From assembly GCA_965204725.1 (NCBI GenBank), contig OZ242005.1, forward strand, positions 992,001 through 1,056,000: a stretch of DNA of 64,000 nt, read 5' to 3'. The position numbers and the translations under genes were made by a program. Shown piece by piece: positions 27,830 to 38,400 of the stretch. Numbering within the stretch: position 1 is the stretch's first letter; every line of letters begins with the position of its first letter. Source of the DNA: Candidatus Latescibacterota bacterium. GTDB lineage: Bacteria > Latescibacterota > UBA2968 > UBA8231. The notes under the pieces were generated by a model. That model saw only the letters and a list, made by a program, of their open reading frames with translations. It made no database searches and was not told the origin of the DNA.

Positions 27830-29452
27830 TTGGCACAGCAACTGCGCGCAGTGAATACGACCGACATCGGCGACGCCATCCGCTTGGGGTGCCAAGCCAT
27901 GGGCCGGGCTTTCAACGCCGATGACGCCGATCTGCCCTACGGCGGAGCGCAGGTGCGGCCCCAAGCCTTTTTGGCCGGCAGCATGGAAGGCCATATCCCG
28001 GGCCGCCACTTGAACGCGTTGCTGGCGGCTGAAGACGCTGTGGGCTTGGACTTGGACGAAGCGGTGATCGACAAGCACGCCCGCGCGGCCTTTTTCTCGT
28101 ACAGCCGAGCACCCCTGCCCTTGCAGCGCATCGGCCCGCACACTAAGGGCGAAGGGGATCCCATTGAACTGCAAGAGCACAATTTGCGCGAAGGCTTTCA
28201 CGCCCTCTACGCCTTGGCCGCTTTCCGCGGGTCGGAGCGGGCCATGGAGTTGGCCGCGGCCAGCATTGAGTTGCTCTTCGATTATTGGGTGCCCAACGAG
28301 CAATGGGATCGCGCTCGTCTCACACGCGACACGCCGGTGCGCCTCCGCGATGGCGGCGAGGCGACCTTCATCCAAGGGCCGGCGCGCGCCATTGGGCCGC
28401 TGGTCAAATTGTACCAAGCCACCGGGCACCGGCCGGCCTTGGAGTTGGCCTCCGTGCTCAAGGACAAGGCCGTGCGCGAGTTCTTTCTCGACGATGGCGG
28501 CACCGAGCACTTTGGCTCGCACGTGCATTCGACCACCTGCGTGTTGTCGTCGCTGGCTCAGCTCGCCGAATGCACTGGGGACGCCGGCTTGATGCAGCGA
28601 GTTAAGCGGTTCTACGATGGTGAGTTGTGGGATTTGCGCGATCAGATCGGCTGGTCCATTGAGGTCTCGACCCGACCCACGCGCTGCCGCCGGGGCGAGG
28701 CCAACAATACCGGCGACATTATCGAGACCGCGCTCATTTTGGGGCGCTGGGGCCACCCCGAGTACTATGCCGATGCCGAGCGCATGTTGCGCAGCCACTT
28801 GCTGCCGTCGCAGTTACGAGATGTCTCGTTTATCGTCGAGCCCGATAATCCCGAAGGGGTGGATGGCAAGCGCGAGGTGGCGCACCGGCTGCGCGGCGGC
28901 TTTGGTTTTCCGGCGCCCTATGGGCACGAGCCGCTGGGGATCTGGCAATCGAACAAGCCGCGCATTGGCTTCAATACCGACATTGTCGGCGGGGCCGTCG
29001 GCTCACTCGCTGCGGCGTATCGGGCTGTGGTGCGCCGCGATGGAGAGGGGCATTGGGTCGATATGTTGTTCGATTGCGAGACCGATGGCCTTGCCGTGCA
29101 GTCGCCTTATACGCATCCGCGTTTGGCGGTTAAGGTCAAGCGGGCGGGGGCTTTGCGGGTGCGGGTGCCGCCTTGGGTTGGGGGGAGGGGGCCACAAGAG
29201 GCACAGAGGGAGGGGAATTGGGGGGGTGGGCCACAAGAGGCACAAAAGGCACAAGAGGCGCAAAGCGGGGGGTATGTGGTGATTGAGGAGCCGCCGGTGG
29301 GGGGCTGGATCGGCTTTGGGTTTGATTTGCCGATCCATGAGACGACCCTGACTTGGCGCGACAGTGCCATCCGCACCCGGCTGCGGGGCGACGAGGTGGT
29401 AGCGATGGATAACTTTGGCACGGACCTGACCTTTTTCCCGCCGTTTGATTGA
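27830..29452 (+). CDS. Hypothetical protein, distantly GH127/(alpha/alpha)6-barrel-like
   Basis: Long ORF with HxH, GEANNTGD, YYADAERMLRSHLLPSQ, LRVRVPPW; family call is tentative. Confidence 0.55.
   Translation: MAQQLRAVNTTDIGDAIRLGCQAMGRAFNADDADLPYGGAQVRPQAFLAGSMEGHIPGRHLNALLAAEDAVGLDLDEAVIDKHARAAFFSYSRAPLPLQRIGPHTKGEGDPIELQEHNLREGFHALYALAAFRGSERAMELAAASIELLFDYWVPNEQWDRARLTRDTPVRLRDGGEATFIQGPARAIGPLVKLYQATGHRPALELASVLKDKAVREFFLDDGGTEHFGSHVHSTTCVLSSLAQLAECTGDAGLMQRVKRFYDGELWDLRDQIGWSIEVSTRPTRCRRGEANNTGDIIETALILGRWGHPEYYADAERMLRSHLLPSQLRDVSFIVEPDNPEGVDGKREVAHRLRGGFGFPAPYGHEPLGIWQSNKPRIGFNTDIVGGAVGSLAAAYRAVVRRDGEGHWVDMLFDCETDGLAVQSPYTHPRLAVKVKRAGALRVRVPPWVGGRGPQEAQREGNWGGGPQEAQKAQEAQSGGYVVIEEPPVGGWIGFGFDLPIHETTLTWRDSAIRTRLRGDEVVAMDNFGTDLTFFPPFD
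29190..29265 (+). repeat. GGCACA(A/G)(A/G)A 9-mer repeat inside the CDS
   Basis: GGCCACAAGAGGCACAGAGG and GGCCACAAGAGGCACAAAAGGCACAAGAGG; related intergenic copy at 43312-43343. Confidence 0.7.
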
Positions 29453-29469
29453 GCCGACCCCAGCCGGTA

Positions 29470-30549
29470 CTAGTCGGCTAGTTCGCTGCCTCGGCGGTTG
29501 GCGATGGAGCGCGGTGTCAAGTCGAAGAGGGTCTCGTGCCCGTGGAAGAAGCGGTCGAACTCATCGACCATGAGCGTAAAAAAGCGCGGGTAGCTCTGCT
29601 CGGTCACGCCGGCGATGTGCGGCGTGAGAAAGACGTTTTCGAGGTGGAGAATCTCCCGGTCGCCATACGCATTGTCCGCGCCCGCATCCGGGTCGAACAC
29701 GTCTAGACCGGCGACGATGTCGCCCCGCTTGAGCCGCCGTACTAGCGCATCCGAATCAACCACCTTACCCCGCGATACATTGACGAACACCGCGCCCGGC
29801 CGGATCAGGTCTAGCTCCCGTTGCCCAATCATGCGCTCGGTGCGCGGGGTGTGCGGGGCTAGGCAGACGATGGCGTCGCACTGAGCCATTACGTTGTCCA
29901 ACGAGGTTTTGAGGAAGCCGACGGCGTCGGCCATCTCCCGCGCCAGATAGGGGTCGCACACCCACACTTCCGTATGAAAGGGGCGCAAAAACTGGATCAG
30001 CCGCCGGCCAATGTGCCCGCAGCCGATCAGGCCGACTCGCTTCCCGGTCAGGTCGCCGTGGATAAAGCCAAAGTCGGTGTGTGGACGGGGGCGCACGTCG
30101 CCGGCGATGAGGCGGCGGAATTGCGCCCCGGCGTTGCGCAGGGCAATGAGGATGAGGGCCAAGGCCCACTCGGCCACCGGATACGACGAGCCGTTGGTCG
30201 TATCCACCGTGCAGACGCCCCGCGCCCAAGCGGCTTCGACATCAATGCGGCTGGCAAAGCGGTCGCCCTCTAGCTCGCCGATGATCTTCAGGTCGGGCGC
30301 TCGGTCCAAGAGCGCGGCATCGACGGTTGGGCAGCCGTGGCAGACGACCAATCCGTCGCAATGACCTAGCCGCTCGCCCAGCACTTGGGCGGTGGCGGGG
30401 TCTGCGTTGGTGTTGTAAATGTCGCCGCCTTCGCATTCAAACCAATCCCAATCGGCAAAGGCTTTGAGGCGGTCGAGATCGGCCGCGGCGAGGTATTGCT
30501 CGCGGACGTGCTTGTTGCAGGCGATGATTATTTGCGGGCGGGTGTGCAT
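29470..30549 (-). CDS. D-isomer-specific 2-hydroxyacid dehydrogenase family protein
   Basis: VAEWAL, GLIGCGHIG, FVNVSRG, AGLDVF, LTPHIAG. Confidence 0.9.
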   Translation of the reverse strand: MHTRPQIIIACNKHVREQYLAAADLDRLKAFADWDWFECEGGDIYNTNADPATAQVLGERLGHCDGLVVCHGCPTVDAALLDRAPDLKIIGELEGDRFASRIDVEAAWARGVCTVDTTNGSSYPVAEWALALILIALRNAGAQFRRLIAGDVRPRPHTDFGFIHGDLTGKRVGLIGCGHIGRRLIQFLRPFHTEVWVCDPYLAREMADAVGFLKTSLDNVMAQCDAIVCLAPHTPRTERMIGQRELDLIRPGAVFVNVSRGKVVDSDALVRRLKRGDIVAGLDVFDPDAGADNAYGDREILHLENVFLTPHIAGVTEQSYPRFFTLMVDEFDRFFHGHETLFDLTPRSIANRRGSELAD

Positions 30550-30650
30550 GGTGTAAGTCCCTCTCGTTTGAGATAGCAACCATTACGTCTGAGATGCCGT
30601 AGAAAAGCTCCTCTTTTCACTGGACAATGTGATTCAGTGTGGGCATGGGC

Positions 30651-30935
30651 TTACGAGGGCCAGAATCGCAAAACGATATTGAGTAGAGCTAAACCGGAGG
30701 TCATCGCTACAACCAGAATTTTGACGCTGCCCTTGAGTTCGGCCATTTCGGCCTGCAATCGCGCAATGTCATCTTTGAGACCGCTCTCAACGCGCGTAAT
30801 CTCGGCCTGCAATCGCGCAATATCATCCTTTAAGACCGATCTCAACTCAGCAAGGTCTGCCTTGGAAGCGAGGTGATCGTACACGCCTTCGAGCCTTGCT
30901 AGACGCTCTTCAATAGTGGGGGGCACGGTAGCCAT
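30651..30935 (-). CDS. Small coiled-coil protein with C-terminal TM (DUF1640/CCDC90-like)
   Basis: HLASKADLAELR; duplicated LKDDIARLQAE (54-bp DNA period); hydrophobic C-terminus; AAAGGAG RBS. Confidence 0.7.
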   Translation of the reverse strand: MATVPPTIEERLARLEGVYDHLASKADLAELRSVLKDDIARLQAEITRVESGLKDDIARLQAEMAELKGSVKILVVAMTSGLALLNIVLRFWPS

Positions 30936-31174
30936 CGTCGGTGCGCTCCTTTCGTGGAGTGGGGGTGGGAGGGTGTGCTATGAACATACAGGACGAGATT
31001 GAGCCGCGTCAATGAGAAATCGGTAGTGGTCTTGTCGCCTTATCGGGGCTGAGACTTTCAAACAGACTCACTACCGGATTGCCGACGGACCGCTATCCGT
31101 CGCTTAACCTTGTAAAATCACCATCTGATGGGTAATATACAAGGTTGTTGTGAGCCAATCTGGAAAGGTGCCTC

Positions 31175-32356
31175 ATGGCCATCCCCCGTTCTGCCCAAAA
31201 CAGTGTGCTTGCGGCACTGGCGCAGTTCCCGGCTGTTGCTTTGGTCGGCCCGCGGCAGTGCGGAAAAACAACCTTGGCCCGCATGCTTGACCCATCGCCC
31301 GCGCCCGTTTTTTTCGACTTAGAGGACCCGCGGGACCGGCTGGTCTTGGAAGACCCCTTGCGGGCGTTGCAGGTCGGCGAACTCGTCGTCATTGACGAAG
31401 CGCAGCGCATGCCGGAGTTGTTCCCCGTTTTGCGGGTGCTCATCGACCGGAACCGTCGCCCCGGGCAGTTCCTCCTGCTGGGTTCGGCCACGCCCGATCT
31501 TCGTCGGCAGAGTGCCGAAAGTCTGGCCGGTCGGTTGCTGACCCTAGAGCTTACGCCGTTCACCGCCCAAGAGGTGGTCCCCAACCGCTTCTCGTTGGAA
31601 GTGCTGTGGGAACGAGGCGGCTTTCCCCTGTCGCTGCTAGCCACCACGAGCGAGCAGAGCGTTCTGTGGCGTCAGCAGTATGTGCGCGACATAACCGAAC
31701 GCGATTTGCGGCTCTTGGGATTTGATCTGCCGCCGGCGAGAATGTATCGCTTCCTGCAAATGCTGGCCCACAACCACGGCCAACTTTGGAATGCCAGCCA
31801 ACTGGCGCGCAGTCTCGAAGTAGGCGCCACGACCGCCGGGCGCTATCTCGACGTCATCCAGCAAACTTACCTCGTGCGGTGTCTGCCGCCTTACCTGCGG
31901 AATACGGGAAAACGCCTTACCAAATCCCCCAAGGTGTACATCCGCGACTCGGGCATCCTCCATTCCCTGCTCGCCCTGCAAAGCCGCGAACAGGTGCTTG
32001 GACATCCGGTGGCCGGTTATAGCTGGGAGGGTTTTGCCGTGGAGCAGTTTGCCGCTGTGCTGCCGCTTGGATGGGAACTGGCCTTTTGGCGCACGGCGAC
32101 CGGCGCAGAAATTGACCTGCTCCTGCTGCACGGCAGTCACCCGATCATCGCGGTCGAAATGAAGATGAATACCACCAATCCCCGCCCCGGTAGAGGGTTT
32201 TACGAAGGGTGTAAGGAGCTGGCCCCGCGTGAAAAGTGGGTCATCTACCCCGGCGACGAGCCCTTGGCCCTGCCCAATGGGGTGTTGGCCCTGCCGTTGG
32301 CTGAGGCTGTAGAGCGGTTTGTGTCTATCGCTCGGGGCGGTCGCCATCAGCCCTAG
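31175..32356 (+). CDS. AAA_14 ATPase with DUF4143 domain
   Basis: GPRQCGKT, IDEAQ, LLGS, ESLAGR, GGFP, KSPKVYIRDSG, EIDLL...VEMK. Confidence 0.9.
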   Translation: MAIPRSAQNSVLAALAQFPAVALVGPRQCGKTTLARMLDPSPAPVFFDLEDPRDRLVLEDPLRALQVGELVVIDEAQRMPELFPVLRVLIDRNRRPGQFLLLGSATPDLRRQSAESLAGRLLTLELTPFTAQEVVPNRFSLEVLWERGGFPLSLLATTSEQSVLWRQQYVRDITERDLRLLGFDLPPARMYRFLQMLAHNHGQLWNASQLARSLEVGATTAGRYLDVIQQTYLVRCLPPYLRNTGKRLTKSPKVYIRDSGILHSLLALQSREQVLGHPVAGYSWEGFAVEQFAAVLPLGWELAFWRTATGAEIDLLLLHGSHPIIAVEMKMNTTNPRPGRGFYEGCKELAPREKWVIYPGDEPLALPNGVLALPLAEAVERFVSIARGGRHQP

Positions 32357-32373
32357 CGCGTCTGGCTCGACCA

Positions 32374-35004
32374 ATGACTGAACGCCCACGCCTCGCCGCG
32401 CGCCTCGCGGGTGCCAGCCTGTTGCTCGGTGGCTTGGCCTTCAATCCGTTGGCCTTGGCGCATTTTTTTGCGGAGCCGCCGCTGGGCACTGAGGGGGTCA
32501 TCGCCCTCCAGATTGCCTTAATCGTTAGCGGCGGTTGGCTCGTTTGGCGCGGCCCCCGGTTGCCGCTAATTCCCCTCGCGCTCATCGCGGTCGCCTTGGG
32601 CGCACTGGCCCTGCTCGGGGGCTACGGCACGGCCCGCTCGCTGCAAAAGGTGCAGGACCGCAACCGGCTCTTGGCGACTATTGACCGCAGCGAACAGGTG
32701 CAGCAGCACCTAAGCGGCGAGGTCCTGCCGCTGCTCGCCTTGGGGATCGCGGCCCCGGCGCGCTCGCTTTTTGCCGACACGGTTGTGGTCGCGGATGTGG
32801 AGCAGATCGCCGAGGCGACCGAAGTCGTCCCGGCACTGGGCATTAAGCGCCAGCGCTGGGAAATTGCACCCGCCGAGCCGGTTTACGACGACGTCATCGC
32901 GCTGTGGGGGCCGCTCTGGGCCGCACTGGATTGGCACGACTATGCGGCCTTCCATCTTGAGACCGGGCATTTCCTCGATGCGGAGGCCGCGATCTACCAA
33001 GCCCGCTTGCGCTTCGACGCCGCGGCGCAGACCAAAGGCGGGGAGCGTGCGCAAATTCGGGCTGGGCTGGTGCTGGAGTGGCAGCAGCAGGACGATGCCA
33101 CTTGGCGGATCCAGCGCTGGGAAACCGAATCGCTGGAGATGCTCACGCAGCCGCACACACTCTTTGCCGCAGCCCGCGACGAGGTGCTCCCCGCCCAAGC
33201 TCGGGTTTCGCGCCACGCGGCCTTGGTGCTCCAGTCGTTTCGCGACTCCGCGTTCATCGCCCCGCACCGCTATTTCACGCGCCAAGCCTTTGATCGCCAT
33301 CCCGGCGTCAGCGTCGTGGATATTGACGCCGACGGGTACGACGACCTGTACCTTGCCGTGCGCCAAGGTAGGAACATGCTGTTGCACAATGGCGGCGACG
33401 GCACGTTCACCGAGCGCGCGGCCCAATACGGCCTCGATGTGGAGCACCACACGGCCGCGGCGCTCTTCGCCGACTTTGACAACGATGGCGACCCGGATGT
33501 ATTCCTCGGCCGCACGCTCGCGCCCAGCCGCTACTTGGTCAACGAGAACGGGTGCTTTGCCCCCCGCGACTTGGGTGCTGACGTATTGCCGTTCCTCGTA
33601 GCCTCGATCTCGGCCGCCGATTACGACCGCGACGGGCTGCTCGATGTGTACTTCTCCACTTATGCGGCGCGGATGGTGCTCGACGCGGTCTCCACAGCCC
33701 CGCGCGGTGCGCCTTGGGGCGGTGCGCTGTTGGCCGACTTCCTGCCGGCGGACCGCGCTCGGGCACTCTACGATCTGAGCCGCGACCGCATCGGCCGGCT
33801 CATCCACGACGCGCCCGGACCGCCCAATGTCCTGCTACGCAACCTCGGCAACGGACGCTTCGCGCCCACGGTAGCCGGGTGGCGCAATACCTTACAGGCG
33901 ACTTGGGCCGATTACGACCGCGACGGCGACCCGGATCTCTACCTCGCCAACGACTTTGCCACCAACAACTTGCTTCGCAATGATGGCGGTGCTCTGGTTG
34001 ATGTCACCGCGGAGAGTGGGGCCGCGGACTTGGGCTTTGGCATGGGCGCGAGTTGGGCCGATTACGACGGGGATGGCCGCCAAGACCTGTACGTGACCAA
34101 CATGCACAGCAGTGCCGGTCGCCGCATCACGGCTGCGGCCGGGCCGGCCGGCGCGGCTTTTGCCCCGTTGGCCCGGGGTAGCTCGCTCTTGAGGAACAGC
34201 CGGGCGGGCTTCGTCCGGGTTGCGGATTCGCCGGTGGAGGACGGCGGCTGGGGTTGGGGCGGCCAGTTTTTGGACTTTGACAACGACGGCGACCTCGACA
34301 TCTACGCTCCGAGTGGGTACTACACCCCGCCGGCTGCCGTCGCTCTGCCCGAGGATACCTGAAGCCTGTTTTGGCGCACGGTCGTGCGCCATGGTCGGAC
34401 GGACGGGGCATACAACGTGGGAGCGCGGCTCGACGCGGGGGCCTCGCTCAGCGGCTACCAGCGCAACCGTCTATTCCTCAATGTAGAAGGCCGCGCCTTC
34501 CTCGATGTGTCGGGCTTGTCGGCGGCGGATTCGCCGGCCGATGGTCGCGCCTTCGCCACCTTGGACTTCGACCGCGATGGCCGCATTGACTTGGCGGTCG
34601 TCAATGCCAACGAGCCGCTCTGCGAATTGTTTGCCAACCGCAGCAAGGCGGGGCACTTCCTCGCGTTGCGCTTTGTCGGGGGCAATGACCGCGCCGCGCC
34701 CACGAGCACGTGGAGTGTGCGCGATGGCTATGGTGTGCAAGTGGAAGTGGATGTCGGCGGGAGGACGCTGCTGCGCGAGCACCGCGCCGGCGAGGGCTTC
34801 TCGGCCCAGAACAGCGCGACCCTAATTGTCGGCTTGGGCGCGCACCTACGAGCGGAGGCCGTGCGCGTACGCTGGCCTTCGGGGCGAATGCAGCGCACAA
34901 CCGACGTGGCGGCTGGGACGCTATTGACCGCGTACGAAGACCCCCGGCACTCGCCTACGGGTGCGGCGTTTGTGGTGGTGCCGTATCGCCCCGGCGAGCC
35001 GTAA
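32374..35004 (+). CDS. Membrane-anchored FG-GAP + ASPIC/UnbV (CRTAC1-like) protein, 876 aa if TGA 34360-34362 is read as selenocysteine
   Basis: ORFs 32374-34362 and 34384-35004 are in the same frame, separated by one TGA; together they give the complete CRTAC1 architecture; SECIS-like hairpin follows the TGA. Confidence 0.75.
34360..34391 (+). promoter_or_regulatory. Candidate bacterial SECIS element with its UGA
   Basis: TGA-agcctgttt-TGGCGCAC-GGTC-GTGCGCCA: perfect 8-bp stem, GGUC loop at +21..+24 from the U of UGA. Confidence 0.7.
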
Positions 35005-35116
35005 GGGCGAGAGAAGCATTGTGCATTGATCTCATCGGTCGGATATTGACCGGACGTGACGACGGGTTCCGTTGCTACGGTTTACTACGGCGTATCCGGC
35101 TGACTAGGAGGCAAAT

Positions 35117-35437
35117 ATGTTCAAGGAATTAGACGCTATTGTGCTCACATCCGCAATTCCGCTTGAGCGCATTTGGGATATTCCACCCGGTAGCCCACTA
35201 AGCGAGAACGGCAGTCGAGGAGAAGGGCTGAAAGCCGGAGACGTCGGCACGATTGTATATATACAGGGTGATGGAGAAGCCTTTGAGGTGGAGTTCTTAA
35301 CGCCAGATGGCTACACAGTCGCTATTGCCACGGTCCTGCCATCGCAGGCTCGTCTAGCCACCGAAAAGGATCACGCCAACTACCGCTTTGGGAAGAATTC
35401 GCCCGCATATATAGCAACCCTACATCCTTCAAGATAG
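35117..35437 (+). CDS. DUF4926-like protein
   Basis: MFKELDAIVL...GLKAGDVGTIVYI...AFEVEF...GYTVAIATV; AGGAGG RBS. Confidence 0.8.
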   Translation: MFKELDAIVLTSAIPLERIWDIPPGSPLSENGSRGEGLKAGDVGTIVYIQGDGEAFEVEFLTPDGYTVAIATVLPSQARLATEKDHANYRFGKNSPAYIATLHPSR

Positions 35438-35485
35438 GATTCCCGCCTCGTGTCGGGAGACGAGGTGACGTTCTTTCGCGGGAAT
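35410..35485. repeat. Second, reversed and diverged copy of the 6001-6100 mini-element end plus REP
   Basis: TATAGCAACCCTACATCCTTCAAGATAGGATTCCCGC versus reverse complement of the 6100 end, TATAGCAACCATACATCACTCAAGACTGGATTCCCGC. Confidence 0.65.
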
Positions 35486-35494
35486 ACCTAGCGC

Positions 35495-38400
35495 TCAGCG
35501 AATCAACGCCAACTTAGCCGTTTGGACGGCATCGCCGGCTTGCAGCACGGCCCAATAGACCCCGGACGCGGCCTCTGCGCCCGCCGCCGTGCGGCCATCC
35601 CAGCGCACTTGGTGCCATCCGGCTTCCGCCCAGCCATCGGCCAACACGCGAATGGGCTGGCCCATCAGGTTATAGACGGCAAGCCGCACGGGACTGGCGG
35701 TAGCGACGGCAAAGGGAATGGTCACTTCGGCGTTGAACGGCGCGGGAAAGGGATCGCCTAAACCGGATACCAGTTCATCCGGTAGCTCAGACGGGAATCG
35801 CGTATCGGCGACCCGCTTGGCATTGGCCGGTCGCCGCGACGTCACAGACACATCTTTCAACTGCCATCTATCAAAAGATGAGGTGCGGTCTTGGTTGAAG
35901 AAATTGCGGAACTCGATGATGTTTGTGCCGGATCGTAGGTCTGTTCTCTCCAAGGGGAGATACCAATCCGTCCAATCCTCGCTCGCTGACGGCGTGGTGT
36001 ATAGCTCTTCGTTGAGAAAAATGTCCACTTCGCCATCACTTATTTCTTTTAATGAAAAGTAACAATAGAGCTCGCGACTAGTCCCTTCGTCAAAGCCAAA
36101 CTTGACGCTTTTGGGATTTTTGCTAACCGCTGGTGGACTGTAGCCGAAAAGCCCTCGGCTCGGAAGGGGCTCTACCGACTCGCCTTCGATTTCGAGACGC
36201 TTCGTCCCGGATGTCCCATTCGAGGTCCTAACCCACACATCGCCGCTCTGAGCCTCATCTGGAACCTCGACGACAATTCGGCGGTCCGACCAACTCACAT
36301 AGTCCGCACCAGAAGGCCGTACACTAGAGAAAAACAAAACGTATCCCGTGCCGCGGCTGGAGCCGAAATTACCACCCGTGAGCGTGAGACGATCTCCTGT
36401 TGCTACACTCGTCGGCGAGATGTTCGTCAGATACGGGCTTGTTATGTTCAAGCGGATGAAATTACTGGTGCCTTCTGCCGTTCTAACGGTCAGGTTGCCG
36501 GGCGGCGTATTGCGGGGTATGCGAAATCGGATCGTTCCATTCGTCCAAGAGGTGAACGAAGTGATCGCGGTCGAACCAATCCGCACGGAGCTGCTCCCCC
36601 GTGAGGAACCGAAGTTACCCCCGCTTACAGTAACAATGGTATTGGTCCTTGCGGTCTGCGGAGAGATGCTACTGATCCAAGGCGCGGTGCTTCCGATTTC
36701 GAGGTGCTTCGTCTCCGACGTCCCATTTGAGGTCGTAACCCGCACATCGTCGCTCGGAGCCTGATCTGGAACCTTGACGACGATTCGGCGGTCCGACCAA
36801 CTCACGTAGTCCGCAGCAGAGGCCCGCACAGACCCAAACAAAACGTACCCCGTGCCTCGTCTGGAGCCGAAGTTACCGCCCGTTAATGTGAGACGATCTC
36901 CCGGTTGTACGTGCGTCGGCGAGATCCTCGTCAGATACGGGCTCGTTATTGCTAAGCGGATGGAATTGCTGGTGCCTTCTGTCGTTCTGATCGTCAGGTT
37001 GCCGGGGGGCGTATTAAGGGGAACGCGAAATCGGATCGATCTACTCGACCAAGAGGTGAACGAAGTGATAGTTACCGAACCAATCCGTACAGAACTGCTC
37101 CCCCGAGAGGAACCGAAATTCTCTCCGCTTACGGTAACAACGTTATTGCTCCTTACGGTCCCCGGGGAGACGCCGCCGATCCAAGGCGAGGTAACTGTCA
37201 GCCGCGCCGTGTCGCTTCCGTTCGTCGTTACAACCTGTAGATCGCCGGTACGCGCTCCCGACGGCACTCGCACTCGGATCTGAGTATCGCTCCAGCTAAC
37301 ATAGTGGGAAGCACTAGGCATCTTACCCCCGAAGAAAACCACCCGGCTTGTGCCCCGATTCGCGCCGAAGGCCCGCCCACGGATAGTTACGACTTGACTG
37401 TACCGCACCCGGCTAGGCGATATGGAAGTAATTTGAGGAGAAGTAACTTGAGGAGCCTGCATAACCGGCAGTACGAGTTTGCCGTATCCAAAAGTATTGT
37501 CCCTTCCCCGAGGGCCTATGTCAACCGTTGCCTCGACCAGCGCGTCCCACAAATCGTCACGTGAATACGATGGATTAGCCGACTTGATTAGAGCCGCCGC
37601 GCCAGCGACGTGGGGCGCAGCAGCGGAAGTCCCAGTATAGCCATAAAAAACCTCCGACTCTCCATAAGAAGCTGTCGATACTCCACTAGGCGCGACGAGT
37701 TCGGGTTTGAAGCGGCCATCGGTGGTGGGACCGCGCGAGCTGTAGTCCGCAATTATGCCCAAGTCGTATTCGTCGAAATGGACCGCCCCGACGCTCATGG
37801 CCCCTCGGGCATCCGCCGGACTCCCGATACTGTTCTCCGCCACCGAATACTTTTCAAAATCGTGATTAAGCGACCATATTTTTAGCCTTCTAGGCCGGGC
37901 GTCGTTCTCGCTGCGAACAGAAATCTCGTACTTTCCCGATTGCTCTGCCTTGATTTCGATTCGTTCTACAGGGATATGGCTACTGAGATCTCTTTGAGGA
38001 TCGATACTGTAAGCCACAAATTCGAGATCGCCGGAGGGGTTCACAAAATCGAGGTACAAGTCGTAGTCCTCGCGGGAAGTGGGCCAATCATTCCACGTCA
38101 AGAAAATCCTTATCTCTTCCCCTTTCTCCGCTTCAATCCCTATCCCTTGGTCTTCTCCGCTAAAGTTCTGCCAACCGTCATCATCGGAATCAGACCAAAA
38201 CCCGTAGTAATGGCTCTTTGCGTCATTGCCCGCTGCATCTACCCAGAGAATGCCCTTATCTGCGGCGTCATTTACAATGTCGCAGGCTATTCCTCGCCCG
38301 TCGCCAATGCCGGTTCCAAACCAGCCCAGGGAGTGATTGATTATGTCAATCCCCTCTCGTATGCAGAAATCCTTGGCATTCTCCAAGTCAAGCAGATCGT

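Noticed and set aside
30574-30590. TAGCAACCAT match to the mini-element end
   Set aside because: Only about 10 bp match, no REP and no partner end; may be chance
34384-35004. Independent ASPIC/UnbV gene starting at GTG 34384
   Set aside because: No RBS, start codon lies in the hairpin stem, no signal peptide; in frame with the upstream gene. A simple nonsense mutation remains possible
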